A stretch of 63,383 nucleotides of DNA, filler included, from Aduncisulcus paluster (lineage: Eukaryota): the NCBI GenBank assembly GCA_024181965.1. It is 8 parts of 8 records of this genome, joined end to end, with 100 filler letters (N's around TTAATTAATTAA, not from the genome) between each part and the next. Parts side by side here need not be neighbours in the genome. Positions count along the whole stretch, not along the records: positions 1 to 7,697 come from BQXS01010176.1; positions 7,798 to 9,886 come from BQXS01010177.1; positions 9,987 to 21,488 come from BQXS01010178.1; 5 more parts are not named here. One strand, given 5' to 3'. Under the pieces are notes generated by a model. The model did not search any database. It was not told where the DNA came from and was given only the letters and a program-made list of their open reading frames with translations. Both the position numbers and the translations under genes were made by a program. This document shows, in pieces, positions 1 through 10,553 of the stretch (the stretch's first letter is position 1; the number at the start of each line of letters is the position of its first letter).

Positions 1-770
1 AAATAAAGACAAAAAGAAAATAATGGGCAAAAAACATATAGTCAGCAACAAATCATATAGAGTAGAGGTTAAACCATTGTGATGGCGAGTACCAATATCT
101 TGGAGTTGGAAAGCTTAAACCATTTCAATAGTTGATAGAGGTTGTTTAATGATAGAGAAGGAAAGTATTAGTGGAGGAAATGTTATTGAAATAGAAAGAA
201 TATCATTGGAGGGATAGAAAACTGTGTGGGAAGCCTTAGGTGTTGTTTTATGAAACTATTCTAGGGTTAGACATACTAGAGGAACGCCATCGAAGCTCTG
301 GTTCTCTTGGTAAAGCCAGCTCTGTCGAGAAGTTTGGATATGGCTTTGTCAGCCGATCCAAATGCTCTCATGAGCACAGCTTGTCCGATGCGTCTCCGAA
401 GTAGCCTCAGCCTCGTCATATAGACAGCTTTGTCACCTTCTTTGGAGGAGATGCGTTGTTTCGGATTATCAGAACATTGTCTTGAATATATTAGATCTAT
501 TTGATGATACAATCAAAATCACTCCCAAATACAGATGACACTTATAATTTACACATCATTTGAATACCCACAATATTATTATGTTCTCATTCAACCAGAA
601 AAAACCTTTTTTTGAATGGCACAGGTTACATCGATTTCTAAATTAATGTCGTATGAATCATAGTGTGAAAAATATTATTGCCCGGATCAATAAAAAATTA
701 ATAATAGTCCGGGTAAAGTGGAACTTCCAACCAGCGGTGCCGACTGTAATTGAAATCAAAACAAACAGTG

Positions 771-948
771 TTTCAGTATCACGGTAGAAATCTTCCAGAT
801 ACTCATTGTCAGCAACAGGTTCATAGTATATAGGCAAGCCTAATTCTTCACCAAGGGCTTTTGCAAGGGTAGATTTTCCGGCACCGATTAGACCAGATAT
901 AGCAATAAAAACATTATCAAAAACTCCTTCAAGTGGTTCTGGCTCCAT
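771..948 (-). pseudogene. 5' fragment of a deoxynucleoside kinase (dNK family, P-loop); similarity stops after about 57 aa
   Basis: [44 protein letters not shown] contains the dNK P-loop and the EPV motif. The rest of ORF 658-948 is not dNK-like, and I found no C-terminal half in 1-770. Confidence 0.75.
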
Positions 949-1143
949 ATATATTGAGAAAATGTGTATTGATGTTTTGGATATTAAGCAACAGAATTGC
1001 GGTCAATCTGAGACAAATTAGGCGAGAGAAAACAATGGAAGAGATTGGAAGAAAAATGAAATCTATGGTTCAAGGAATTATGCAAGTTTTTTGGATCAAA
1101 ATTAATTAATTATTTTATTGCAATTATTTTCTTCTAAATTCCT

Positions 1144-1296
1144 TCAAGGAATTCCCAAGTTGGGTCTTTCTTCCCATTTACCCAGTATAAGAAATTTTCC
1201 CAAATGCGCTATGTTCATGGCAGCACTGACATCTCTATTGCTCACACGCCTGCATTTTTTGCATCTTCTCTGCCTTAATAGTGGGATACCTTTCCG
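1144..1296 (-). mobile_element. Fanzor/TnpB-family nuclease C-terminal remnant (second CxxC of the Zn finger, RuvC-III and RP tail)
   Basis: Manual translation gives RKGIPLLRQRRCKKCRRVSNRDVSAAMNIAHLGKFLILGKWEERPNLGIP*, matching CxxC-x4-NRDxxAAxNI...G..RP. There is an in-frame stop immediately upstream (1297-1299). Confidence 0.75.
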
Positions 1297-1958
1297 TTAT
1301 TCCCTCGATTAATGTTGAGGCCAATCTATGAACAGCAGTGTTGTTTTGGACAGTATCTTCTTTTCGAGGGGAAGAGTATATGCGATTTATTCGTTTCCTG
1401 TCCAAATAGCACATGGCTAGTAAAATGACACTCCACCGACTTCGCTCTCTGAATTAGAAATAAGATAAAGTCATTAAGCATTTATTTTCAAATAAAAAAC
1501 CATCATTTATAAGAATAAATTTCAAAAATTGTAGAAACTACAGCCAATTTACTTATTTGATTGGTTTGCCAATATAGGAGAGTGAATATGAGTCAATAGT
1601 GTTNNNNNNNNNNNNNNNNNNNNTCTGCCTTAATAGTGGGATACCTTTCCGTTATTCCCTCGATTAATGTTGAGGCCAATCTATGAACAGCAGTGTTGTT
1701 TTGGACAGTATCTTCTTTTCGAGGGGAAGAGTATATGCGATTTATTCGTTTCCTGTCCAAATAGCACATGGCTAGTAAAATGACACTCCACCGACTTCGC
1801 TCTCTGAATTAGAAATAAGATAAAGTCATTAAGCATTTATTTTCAAATAAAAAACCATCATTTATAAGAATAAATTTCAAAAATTGTAGAAACTACAGCC
1901 AATTTACTTATTTGATTGGTTTGCCAATATAGGAGAGTGAATATGAGTCAATAGTGTT
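1269..1958. repeat. Assembly-overlap duplication (1269-1603 = 1624-1958) around a 20-N gap
   Basis: The 335-nt flanks on either side of N 1604-1623 read the same. Confidence 0.9.
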
Positions 1959-2587
1959 CCATCTTCACCCTTTATACTTTTTATGCCAGTCCCATCAACT
2001 TGAATACTATGTACAGAACTAGGAGTACGAACGGGGAAAGAGAAGACATTGGAGGAAGAAGGAACATGAGAGTGTGATGAAACATGTGAAACAGGTGAAT
2101 GGGGTGAAAGAACCGCAGGAGACCGCGACGAGGCAGCAAATGATTTATGAGATAGAGACGAGGGAATGTGTACAGAAGCAGAAGATGATGGAATTCTTTG
2201 TGAATAAAGGAACACTCCATCTTTATCCATTGATTCTAAAACCGATTTAGCTTGACTTTGTTGTTTTTGCAATGAGTCGAGCTGAGCAACTAAAGCTTGT
2301 AATTTAATTTTCCTCCCTTCAAATACTTTTGATAAAAACGTTATGGATGAAGAAAACATATCGGATCCATATTTATCTCCCATTGACACAACATTTCGCA
2401 AATCTTTTTCTATATCATGAATTTCCTCAAGCAAAATATGTATTTGTTCTTGTAAATCATCAATAACTGAATTTTGCAACAATTTTGAAGAGGTACTTTG
2501 TAAAACAGACGCCAACTGTTTTCCATCGCTCGCATGGCGAAAATCTTTCAATATATCTGTTTCTCTAGTTTTTTCTTGAGTATACAT
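1904..2587 (-). CDS. Hypothetical coiled-coil protein with Ser-rich C-terminus
   Basis: 227-aa ATG-started ORF with heptad-like segments, flanked by AT-rich DNA. Confidence 0.65.
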   Translation of the reverse strand: MYTQEKTRETDILKDFRHASDGKQLASVLQSTSSKLLQNSVIDDLQEQIHILLEEIHDIEKDLRNVVSMGDKYGSDMFSSSITFLSKVFEGRKIKLQALVAQLDSLQKQQSQAKSVLESMDKDGVFLYSQRIPSSSASVHIPSSLSHKSFAASSRSPAVLSPHSPVSHVSSHSHVPSSSNVFSFPVRTPSSVHSIQVDGTGIKSIKGEDGTLLTHIHSPILANQSNK

Positions 2588-2876
2588 TTAATATAATTTC
2601 CTATCTGCCTGTATATTTTAATATATGTGATACAAAACTCGAGATTTCTTGCAAAAAATCCTTCTCATGAATTGTGCTCATTTTCCAAGATATTACATTG
2701 TTTATCGCAATTTAACTCCTATTACATGCACTTTTGTTTATTTATTCAAACCCAAATGCTTTATAACGATGATATTCAGAAAACTACTTGTTTTGGCAGG
2801 AAGGAGACAGGAAATAGAATAATATTTATTATATTTTTCAAGAAAAATAATCTATTATTATATTATTTAGGTTAGA

Positions 2877-5027
2877 ATGGACATATCTTTTTCTCTTGAT
2901 AGATTGTGTCCTCTTTCCCAAGAAGACATTCTCCAATCAGTTCAATGTGTGGTATGTTTTGAAATTAGTTATCCTGATCCTGTTAGACTTCCACATTGTG
3001 GTCACGTTTTCCATCGTAAATGTATTCTCCCTTGGCTCCAAAGGAATATGGTTTGCCCTATGTGTAAAACCAAAGTTCCTTCTTTAGATGTATTAATGGA
3101 CGATCGACTAGCTGTAAATCTGATTGAGTCTGCCACTTTTTGTTGCTCTAATCCGTCTTGCTTATTTACCAGCAATATTCAACAAATGATTCTCCATGAA
3201 AAGGAAGGATCTCATATATTATCTTTATCAAATTCCAATAAGGTCATTTCTAAACTTCAAAAGGATCTTCTTGATGCTGAATCGGTGAGAACTCAGCTTG
3301 AGCACCATTCTGCTCAGACCAAAGCTGAGAATCGTCGCCTCTGCCGATCTTTGGAGGAAAAAGATAAATGTATTTCAGAAATGCAACGAAAAATCAACAA
3401 ATTAAATAATATTACAATTGATTATTATAGGTTGTCTTCCGAGCATTCCAAACTAGAAGCTCAAATATCTCGATTAAAAGAACTAAAAATAGAACAAACC
3501 AATCATATTTCACATCTTCAGCATGAATTAGATGTTCATGAATGCATTAAAGGTTGCAGTGAGGATTCAGCGAGAGTATTTTCTTCAATATTATATGATG
3601 GTGGAGAGAGTTGTTTGGATTGGCTCTCGAAACGTCAAAAACAAATATCATCTCTTCCAGAAATAATAGATTTGGAAGACGATGACGGTGTTGATGAAAG
3701 GACTAAAGAAAAAGATGAAGAATGTATCAGCACCGAGCTTCTCATGCCCTTTCCCCAAGTATCTATGACAAGAAAGGAACATTCATCTCCTTCTTCCTCT
3801 TCTTCATCTGATATTCCGGCATTCTCTGATCTCATTGGCTCCTTATCATCCTTTTCAGAGAGCGTTTCTTCTCGTCCTCCCGGGTTCAAGTTTAATCCTT
3901 CTTTGCAGCAACTATCTGCACTCTCTCTATGTGTTCAGTGTGTCAAATGGTGCAAATATGAATTATATCGTCAAGATAGAGCAATACAGAAAGATAGAGC
4001 AAGAATTAAGTTATTAGAGAAACAGTATTTTGCCCAACGAGAGATTCTACAGCTCCACCGAAAGGAAATGCAAGAGACACAAGCTAAAGCACAAGCAGAG
4101 TATCACTCTTCACTTCCAACCTCTCACTTATTCATGAAGAAAGATCATTCAACAAACACGACAAACTCATATATTTCTCTAAAGAAAAAAGATAATCCAT
4201 TTCCATATGTGTCCAAGTCCGGCATTCATACCCATACCCTTAAACACAAACATCATTTTGACACTTGCCAAAGAGGTGGGAAGAGTTCTTTCTCAGGACT
4301 AAGTTCAGCCGAAGATTATCGGCCACAACCGGTCATCAGCCGCTCGTACAGTCCACCCATTGTTCCTCCAACCTCTTCACTAGAATCACCTATTCTCTCC
4401 ACCCCTCTCTCTTCCTCCTCTATCATCTCTTCCCCAACAAGTCCCCTGTCGGTTCCACGTGCAGCTCCAACCCCTCCCTTTATATCTCCCTCACTCNNNN
4501 NNNNNNNNNNNNNNNNGCCACAACCGGTCATCAGCCGCTCGTACAGTCCACCCATTGTTCCTCCAACCTCTTCACTAGAATCACCTATTCTCTCCACCCC
4601 TCTCTCTTCCTCCTCTATCATCTCTTCCCCAACAAGTCCCCTGTCGGTTCCACGTGCAGCTCCAACCCCTCCCTTTATATCTCCCTCACTCACATCTGTG
4701 GGCTCAATATCACCCTTTAGACAGGCACATGCACCAAAATCAACTCCTTATCATCATGACATCTCTGGAGATGCAATTGAAAAGAGAATCAAGATAAACA
4801 ATAATAATAATCTCATTAAATCATCGAGGAAAAATAAGATTTTAGCCGGGAAACGACGTTTTGTTCAATCACTTTCGAGTGTTATGGATAAGAGTCAGGA
4901 TTTCTCATCTAAACATGGCACTGCCCATAAAATAGCAGTAGGCTCCAAGGATAAACACATTGACACGAAACTTGACTCACATTTTAAAATTAGAAGGAAG
5001 TCATTTCCTGAAAAGAGGAAAAAATAG
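2877..5027 (+). CDS. RING-H2 E3 ubiquitin ligase-like protein with coiled coil and Ser/Pro-rich tail
   Basis: CVVC...CGHVFHRKC...CPMC. Segment 4322-4496 is repeated at 4517-4691 across an N gap (artefact), so the true protein is about 65 aa shorter. Confidence 0.85.
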   Translation: MDISFSLDRLCPLSQEDILQSVQCVVCFEISYPDPVRLPHCGHVFHRKCILPWLQRNMVCPMCKTKVPSLDVLMDDRLAVNLIESATFCCSNPSCLFTSNIQQMILHEKEGSHILSLSNSNKVISKLQKDLLDAESVRTQLEHHSAQTKAENRRLCRSLEEKDKCISEMQRKINKLNNITIDYYRLSSEHSKLEAQISRLKELKIEQTNHISHLQHELDVHECIKGCSEDSARVFSSILYDGGESCLDWLSKRQKQISSLPEIIDLEDDDGVDERTKEKDEECISTELLMPFPQVSMTRKEHSSPSSSSSSDIPAFSDLIGSLSSFSESVSSRPPGFKFNPSLQQLSALSLCVQCVKWCKYELYRQDRAIQKDRARIKLLEKQYFAQREILQLHRKEMQETQAKAQAEYHSSLPTSHLFMKKDHSTNTTNSYISLKKKDNPFPYVSKSGIHTHTLKHKHHFDTCQRGGKSSFSGLSSAEDYRPQPVISRSYSPPIVPPTSSLESPILSTPLSSSSIISSPTSPLSVPRAAPTPPFISPSLXXXXXXXPQPVISRSYSPPIVPPTSSLESPILSTPLSSSSIISSPTSPLSVPRAAPTPPFISPSLTSVGSISPFRQAHAPKSTPYHHDISGDAIEKRIKINNNNNLIKSSRKNKILAGKRRFVQSLSSVMDKSQDFSSKHGTAHKIAVGSKDKHIDTKLDSHFKIRRKSFPEKRKK

Positions 5028-5573
5028 GATCGAAATAGCTACTTCAAATCCCAGATTCAATCTACCAAAAGTTTTGGTTCATCGAAAAATTCCCCATATC
5101 CTTTCATATTCTTGGTTTATTTGGCTTTAATCTGGGTAAATATTGTTATCAAACTTTTTTAAATATGTGAAATGAGACAATATCTTCATATAATTACTTC
5201 TTTTACAGGAAATTTTTTCATCATGAATGATAACCCTGAAAGAGTCACATATTTTTCCGGTTGAAAAAATATGTTTACATACTCTATATATATCAAATTA
5301 ATAAATTTTTTTGTTTTTAATATTTCTTTTTTTCCCTGATCCATAATTTTTCTCTATATCTCGAGCTAGGCACATGAGGTGACTGCTTACATCATTATTT
5401 TGGAAATAAAATACATTGTTATGTTTCAGATGCCTTCCAAGGTCTGCTAAACCCTGACATTTTTCGACAGAGATATTTCGACTATTCTTTGATTGCGATA
5501 GCTACTCGCGTACACAAAATTTATTTCAGTTTTGCTTATATCTGGTTTTATTTTCTTAAAATATAAGTGTTAA

Positions 5574-7697
5574 ATGAAAGACTCACACCACGAGCCTTTA
5601 TCCGAAAATGTTATGGACGTCGACGGGGGACACTCTGTTTCTCGACAACGTGAACCTGGTTCAGGTGATCCTGAACATCAAATTAGAATTCTTGAAGATG
5701 AAAAAAGGGCAGCCGAAAGAGCCAATGCCCAGAATGCTGAAATGGTTAAACGCCTCAAATTTCGTTTAGAAACGCTTAAATCCTCATTAAGTACTAAACA
5801 AAATGCTCTTAAAGAGAAAGAGTCTGAGGTCGAAGAAATGAGAAGTGAACAAGAACATCTGTCTGAGCAAGTTTCTTCTCTTCAAACAAAACAGCATGAA
5901 AGTCAACAAAAATTATCCCAACAACAAAAGAAATTACAATCTGCAGAGAAAGAAGTTTTAAGATTAAAGCGTAGAATCAAAATTGTTGATTCTTCTTCCA
6001 TGGGTCCTACATCCCCTCGTAGAGCCGGATCTTCTTCTATTTCAGGTTCTTTTAGAACTTTACAACTTTCACCACGACAAGGAAGGACTGTAAGTTCATC
6101 TCAAAGACCCCAAGAACTTGATATTCCCTCTGAGGGTCATACTGGATCAACTGAATTACCGTCCTGGATATTAAATCAATCAATATCCCCTGGTTCCCTT
6201 CAAATTCCCAAAGCAGGTGTTAGTAGTGGACGACTTGCTTCCAAACATTCCCAAGGTCCCGTTACGTTATCACAATCTCTGAGAATGCCTCATTCTCATG
6301 GTAAAGATGGCCAAGAGGTATCTTCCGATAGATTGAAACATTTTCTCGACGATCTCCATGATATCAAGAGTGAGAGATCTGAACTGGGTGAAGAATATGG
6401 AATGGAGGAAGATGATCCAGATCGCTTGCGTCATGAAGATATGAAAGTATTCCTTGACGATGAAAGTCCCAGCCATGGAGGAGCACCTGTGAGCGGTATT
6501 CCTCCGAATCTACGTGCCCTCTTGGCCAAATCTCCTATTTCGGTCATTGACGAACTCATTGCTATCATTCAGAATGGTCTTGACTCTGCCAAGGAAGCCC
6601 AAAATGCGCAGGAAAGAGCTGAAAGACTCGCTAATCAACTTGGTGCCACTGTGTCTCGTGAACAAACTCTACGTAAGAAGCTTGACTTTGCCAATGCTCG
6701 AATCAAATATTTGTTGGGAAATCTTGGAAAGAAAGAAACTGTTAAAACGATATATATTGGTGGAGATAAGGGTGGGAGTCGCTTCCAGAAGAGTTTTGGT
6801 GGTTCTGACCTTGTGAAGCAGCCCAGTCAGATTGATTTTGCAAAGAAATCTCAGGCCCAGGACAAACAACTCGCTGAAGCTCGTGCTGAGCTTGTCGAAA
6901 AAGCCCGTGGTCTTGAATCCAGAGAGAAAGATCTTGCAAACAGAGAGATCCTTGATAAGCAGAACATGAAAGACTTGGAGGATGAGAAACAACGCCTTGA
7001 AGACGAAAAACATGCTCTTGAGGAAGAATGGGAGAAGATAGAGGAAGAAAGGAAACTATTTTCCGATGAGAAGACATCTCTCCAACAAGAAATCGATACA
7101 TTGAAGGCACAGCTCTCCACCATGATGGATGAGGACTTATCTGAGGAATGTGGGGATTACATTGATCAAATCACTGAACTTCAGGCCCAGAAATCAGCTT
7201 TTGACAAAGAGAACGCTGATCTTCATAAGAGTTTGATGGCCGAGCTTGCCTCCCTTGAAACCGACATGGAAGACAGTGATGCCGAACAACGCGAGAGATC
7301 TGAGCTTGAAGCTGAGATTGCCAAGATCGAGGCAAGAAAGGCTGAGCTTGAGAAAGATCGTGTTGCCCGTGAGGAGGCTGAGCGTGCCAGACTCGAGAAG
7401 CTCAAGGATGCTGAAGAGCAACTTGCTGAAGACAAGGAAGAACTCGATCGCAAGCGTGCTGAGCTTGAAGCCGATCAGGCCGCCCTTGTTGAGAAGATCC
7501 GTGCCCTTGCCGAAAGAGAAGAGGAAGAGCAACGCAAGCTTGATGAGCTCGAAGATGAACGCAAGAAGATCGAAGAAGCCAGACAGACCTTTGTTGACGA
7601 TGAACAGAAACTTTCCGAACTTGAGTCTGAACACAAGCAGATTGAAGAAGAAAGAGATGAACTTGCTGCCAAGCAACAAGAGCTTGAAGAAGAGGTT
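5574..7697 (+). CDS. Long coiled-coil protein, 3'-truncated by contig end
   Basis: ORF of more than 700 aa, E/K/Q-rich heptads, runs into the linker. Confidence 0.85.
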
Positions 7698-7797
7698 NNN
7701 NNNNNNNNNNNNNNNNNNNNNNNNNNNNNNNNNNNNNNNNNTTAATTAATTAANNNNNNNNNNNNNNNNNNNNNNNNNNNNNNNNNNNNNNNNNNNN
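7698..7797. other. Artificial contig linker (N-TTAATTAATTAA-N); also at 9887-9986, 21489-21588, 34142-34241, 52573-52672, 54834-54933 and 60080-60179
   Basis: The same 100-nt spacer carrying stops in all six frames occurs seven times. Confidence 0.97.
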
Positions 7798-8726
7798 AAC
7801 AGAAACTGCAACGTTTCATGCAGGATCAAGAATACGAGCTACATCGTCAACAAAGAGAAATTAAAGATACCGAACAATCTGTTCTTGGGAAGAAATCTGA
7901 AATTGACAGAGTTTGGACAGAAATATCTTCAGAATTGGAGACGATTGATGCACAAAAGAAAGCTCTCGAAGCTCGGCATGAAGACCTTGAGAGCACGCGG
8001 GAAGAAATTCAACAGTTTGCTTCATGGATTCGTACAGAAGCGGATAAACTCAAACATCACGAAGCCGAGATAAGTGAAAGGGAGAGGGCTCTCGTGCAAT
8101 ACATTGAAGATGTTGAACAAGAAAAGATCAGAGTTGAGAGAGACAGACAGGATGTTATGGAACAGAAACAAACCATGGGGAAAGATAAGACGGAAATAGC
8201 AAAACGTATTGTTATGATCGAAAAGAAGGAAAGAGACGCGGAAAAGGAGAAAGAAAAGGCCAAATCTATTTTTGAAGATGCTGAGAAACAAATGCAGCGA
8301 GTTAAAGATCTTGAGAAACAGCTTCAATCCGATATTGATGATCACCATCAGCGAGTTCAGGATCTGCACAGGCTGCAACAACAATTGTTGGATGATTCCC
8401 AGGCATTTGATCGTGAGAAAGCTTTGTTGAGCGAAGAACAGCGTGTATTTGTTGAGAATAAGAAAATTTTAGAAGCCGCTCACAAAGATGTAGAAAAACG
8501 TGAAGCCGAAGTGAATGAAGGCATAGAAGCTGCTAAAAGGAAATTACAGCAAGTTCAAGAATTGCAACAAGATTTGATTGACCAAGAAAAACGACTGTCT
8601 GAGTGGAACTCAACGTTAATAGAGATGGAAAAGGACATTTCATTCAAACAAAAGACTTTGGAAGAAGAAAGGCAGATATTTCTTGAACAACAGGAAAAAG
8701 AAGAGCAAGGATCAGGTAAATGGTAA
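7798..8726 (+). CDS. Coiled-coil protein C-terminal part, possibly the continuation of 5574-7697
   Basis: E/Q/K-rich heptads from the contig start, on the same strand and with the same composition as the preceding truncated ORF. Confidence 0.75.
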
Positions 8727-8795
8727 AAATATTAATCTGTTTAACTTTTCGATTGTTCTTTTCTTTTCAAATTTTCACGTCAAATATTAGTGCTC

Positions 8796-8862
8796 TATTT
8801 ATTGAAATAATCGAGTTAATAAAAATTATTTATTGAAATAATTGATTTAATAAAAATTATTT
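8796..8862. repeat. 31-bp AT-rich tandem duplication
   Basis: TATTTATTGAAATAATCGAGTTAATAAAAAT followed by TATTTATTGAAATAATTGATTTAATAAAAAT. Confidence 0.7.
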
Positions 8863-8951
8863 CGGTCGCAATGCAACGGTGTCGAATTGAAAAATTATTT
8901 TAGCAGAATTTCGCCGTTTTGACGGAATGAATCTATATTAAAAGGATATTT

Positions 8952-9886
8952 ATGCAGATTTCAGGAATAATATCTCAATTTAAAGATGGAAAGTCGCGAA
9001 TAGAAATATTTAAATCTTATTTTCCAGAGATACAAAAACGAATTCAAAGTCATGTTAGTACCCTTTTTGGTGGATTAAAATACCGATATCTTATGTCTAA
9101 GGGAGATGACAATTTAAATGAGGAGAAGGAATGTGAGCTTATAAAACTCTGTGAGCTTCTAAACCTTTGTTTGTCTCCTCCGAAAGATTCTGAAACATTT
9201 GAAGAATGTTCATTGGTTTGTCGCGGATCATTCCTACTTTTTGCGGATATTTTATCCCATATTGTTAACAAATATTGGAAAAACTCCAGGGTTGTGGTTC
9301 AAATACTGACATATTTTGTTCAATTCTATCAATGTCCATATTTTGACTCTACGAAGGATTCTCTTGATCATCCATATCTTGACGATCCCTCTACTCCACG
9401 TTATATTACAAAGTTCTATTCTTTACTTCTGAAGAATTATTCAAACTGGTTTTCGCTTCACCTTCCTGACTCTTCTTCCTCCATCTCTCTGATATCCACT
9501 CTTTCACAGTTATTTCGACCTCTATACTATATTTTGCATGCTGAAAGTGAGAATTTATCCACATTATTTCAAATTCTCCTATCGTTGACTCGATCGTCGA
9601 TTTCAAATGTTCAGGATCTTGTTTGTATATCGAAATCTATTTCATTTGTCCTAGAAATGGCCACTGTCGAGTATTCTTCTGTGCATTTGTTTGTTATTTG
9701 GAATATTTTGTCCAATATATTGAATCATTATACATCAAATTACAAGATCATTCTCAATGCCATTTCCATTGAGTATAGAAAATGTGGCATGTTTGACGAT
9801 GGATCAATGTTAACACAATCATTATTTGATCACTTTATTAAAGAATCGTCATGTTTTGGTGATCTTGTTGCCCTATATTCTGTTGG
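8952..9886 (+). CDS. Hypothetical helical-repeat-like protein, 3'-truncated
   Basis: ORF of more than 310 aa running into the linker; no recognised motif. Confidence 0.65.
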
Positions 9887-10101
9887 NNNNNNNNNNNNNN
9901 NNNNNNNNNNNNNNNNNNNNNNNNNNNNNNTTAATTAATTAANNNNNNNNNNNNNNNNNNNNNNNNNNNNNNNNNNNNNNNNNNNNATAATAAAAAAGAG
10001 AAAGAAAATCAATAAATTATATTTTCGTTGATCTACAATCAAATAAAAACCTTAATTAATAGTAATTAGGGGATCGGCAAAAGAATATAATTGGCTGCAT
10101 T

Positions 10102-10187
10102 CTATCAGCATGGTATTGTGTTCAACTGAATTGAATATAAAATTAGGTTTAATATTCTAAGCAGACCGTCGAGCACTCATCATGTCC
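10102..10187 (-). ncRNA. Candidate box C/D snoRNA (snR73/U35-like)
   Basis: Box C ATGATGA (10177-10183), guide CGACGGTCTG (10162-10171) complementary to the conserved LSU rRNA sequence UAGACCGUCG, degenerate D' CTTA, and box D CTGA (10105-10108). Confidence 0.45.
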
Positions 10188-10553
10188 CCATTGATGCAAA
10201 AAAAATGAAGAAAATGAATAATCATATAATCTATAATTTGAATGACTGAGAAAGAAGTAACAACAACTGCTGAAGATGGCAAGATTTCATATTTGAACAA
10301 GCTCAATAAAATAAATAAACAAATAAATGCATAGAAGGCCCAACATTCATGCCCGATTTCAATGGATAAAACAATGACCTCCACAAAACCTTTACTGGCA
10401 ATCCAATAACTTTTCAGATGATTATAAAAAGAAATTAATAATAAAATCTACGTTTTTGTCGATAATTATGGACGAATCTAAATAATTCCACGTTCCAAAG
10501 GATTTTGCCACAATTGCAGATTTTCTGATTCTGCAGGAAATCGAATCAAGAAA

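Noticed and set aside
276-512. 78-aa ORF vaguely like the end of a non-LTR element ORF or a TnpB helix
   Set aside because: No diagnostic catalytic motif; too weak to call.
676-770. Resemblance to tRNA-Sec (GCCCGGAT..., TTCA, TTCCAC)
   Set aside because: The pieces lie on opposite strands and no cloverleaf or T-loop can be built.
4322-4691. Apparent tandem repeats inside the RING, MetRS, giant, HPS1-like and YeeE genes
   Set aside because: Each pair directly flanks a 20-N gap and is near-identical, so these are unmerged overlaps rather than real duplications or split genes.
7698-7797. Recurrent TTAATTAATTAA motif within N runs
   Set aside because: Artificial six-frame-stop linker. Gene adjacency across these seven linkers cannot be assumed.
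6270-8384. Many short antisense or alternate-frame ORFs within long genes, here and throughout the window
   Set aside because: Shadows of low-complexity Ser/Glu/Lys coding sequence.
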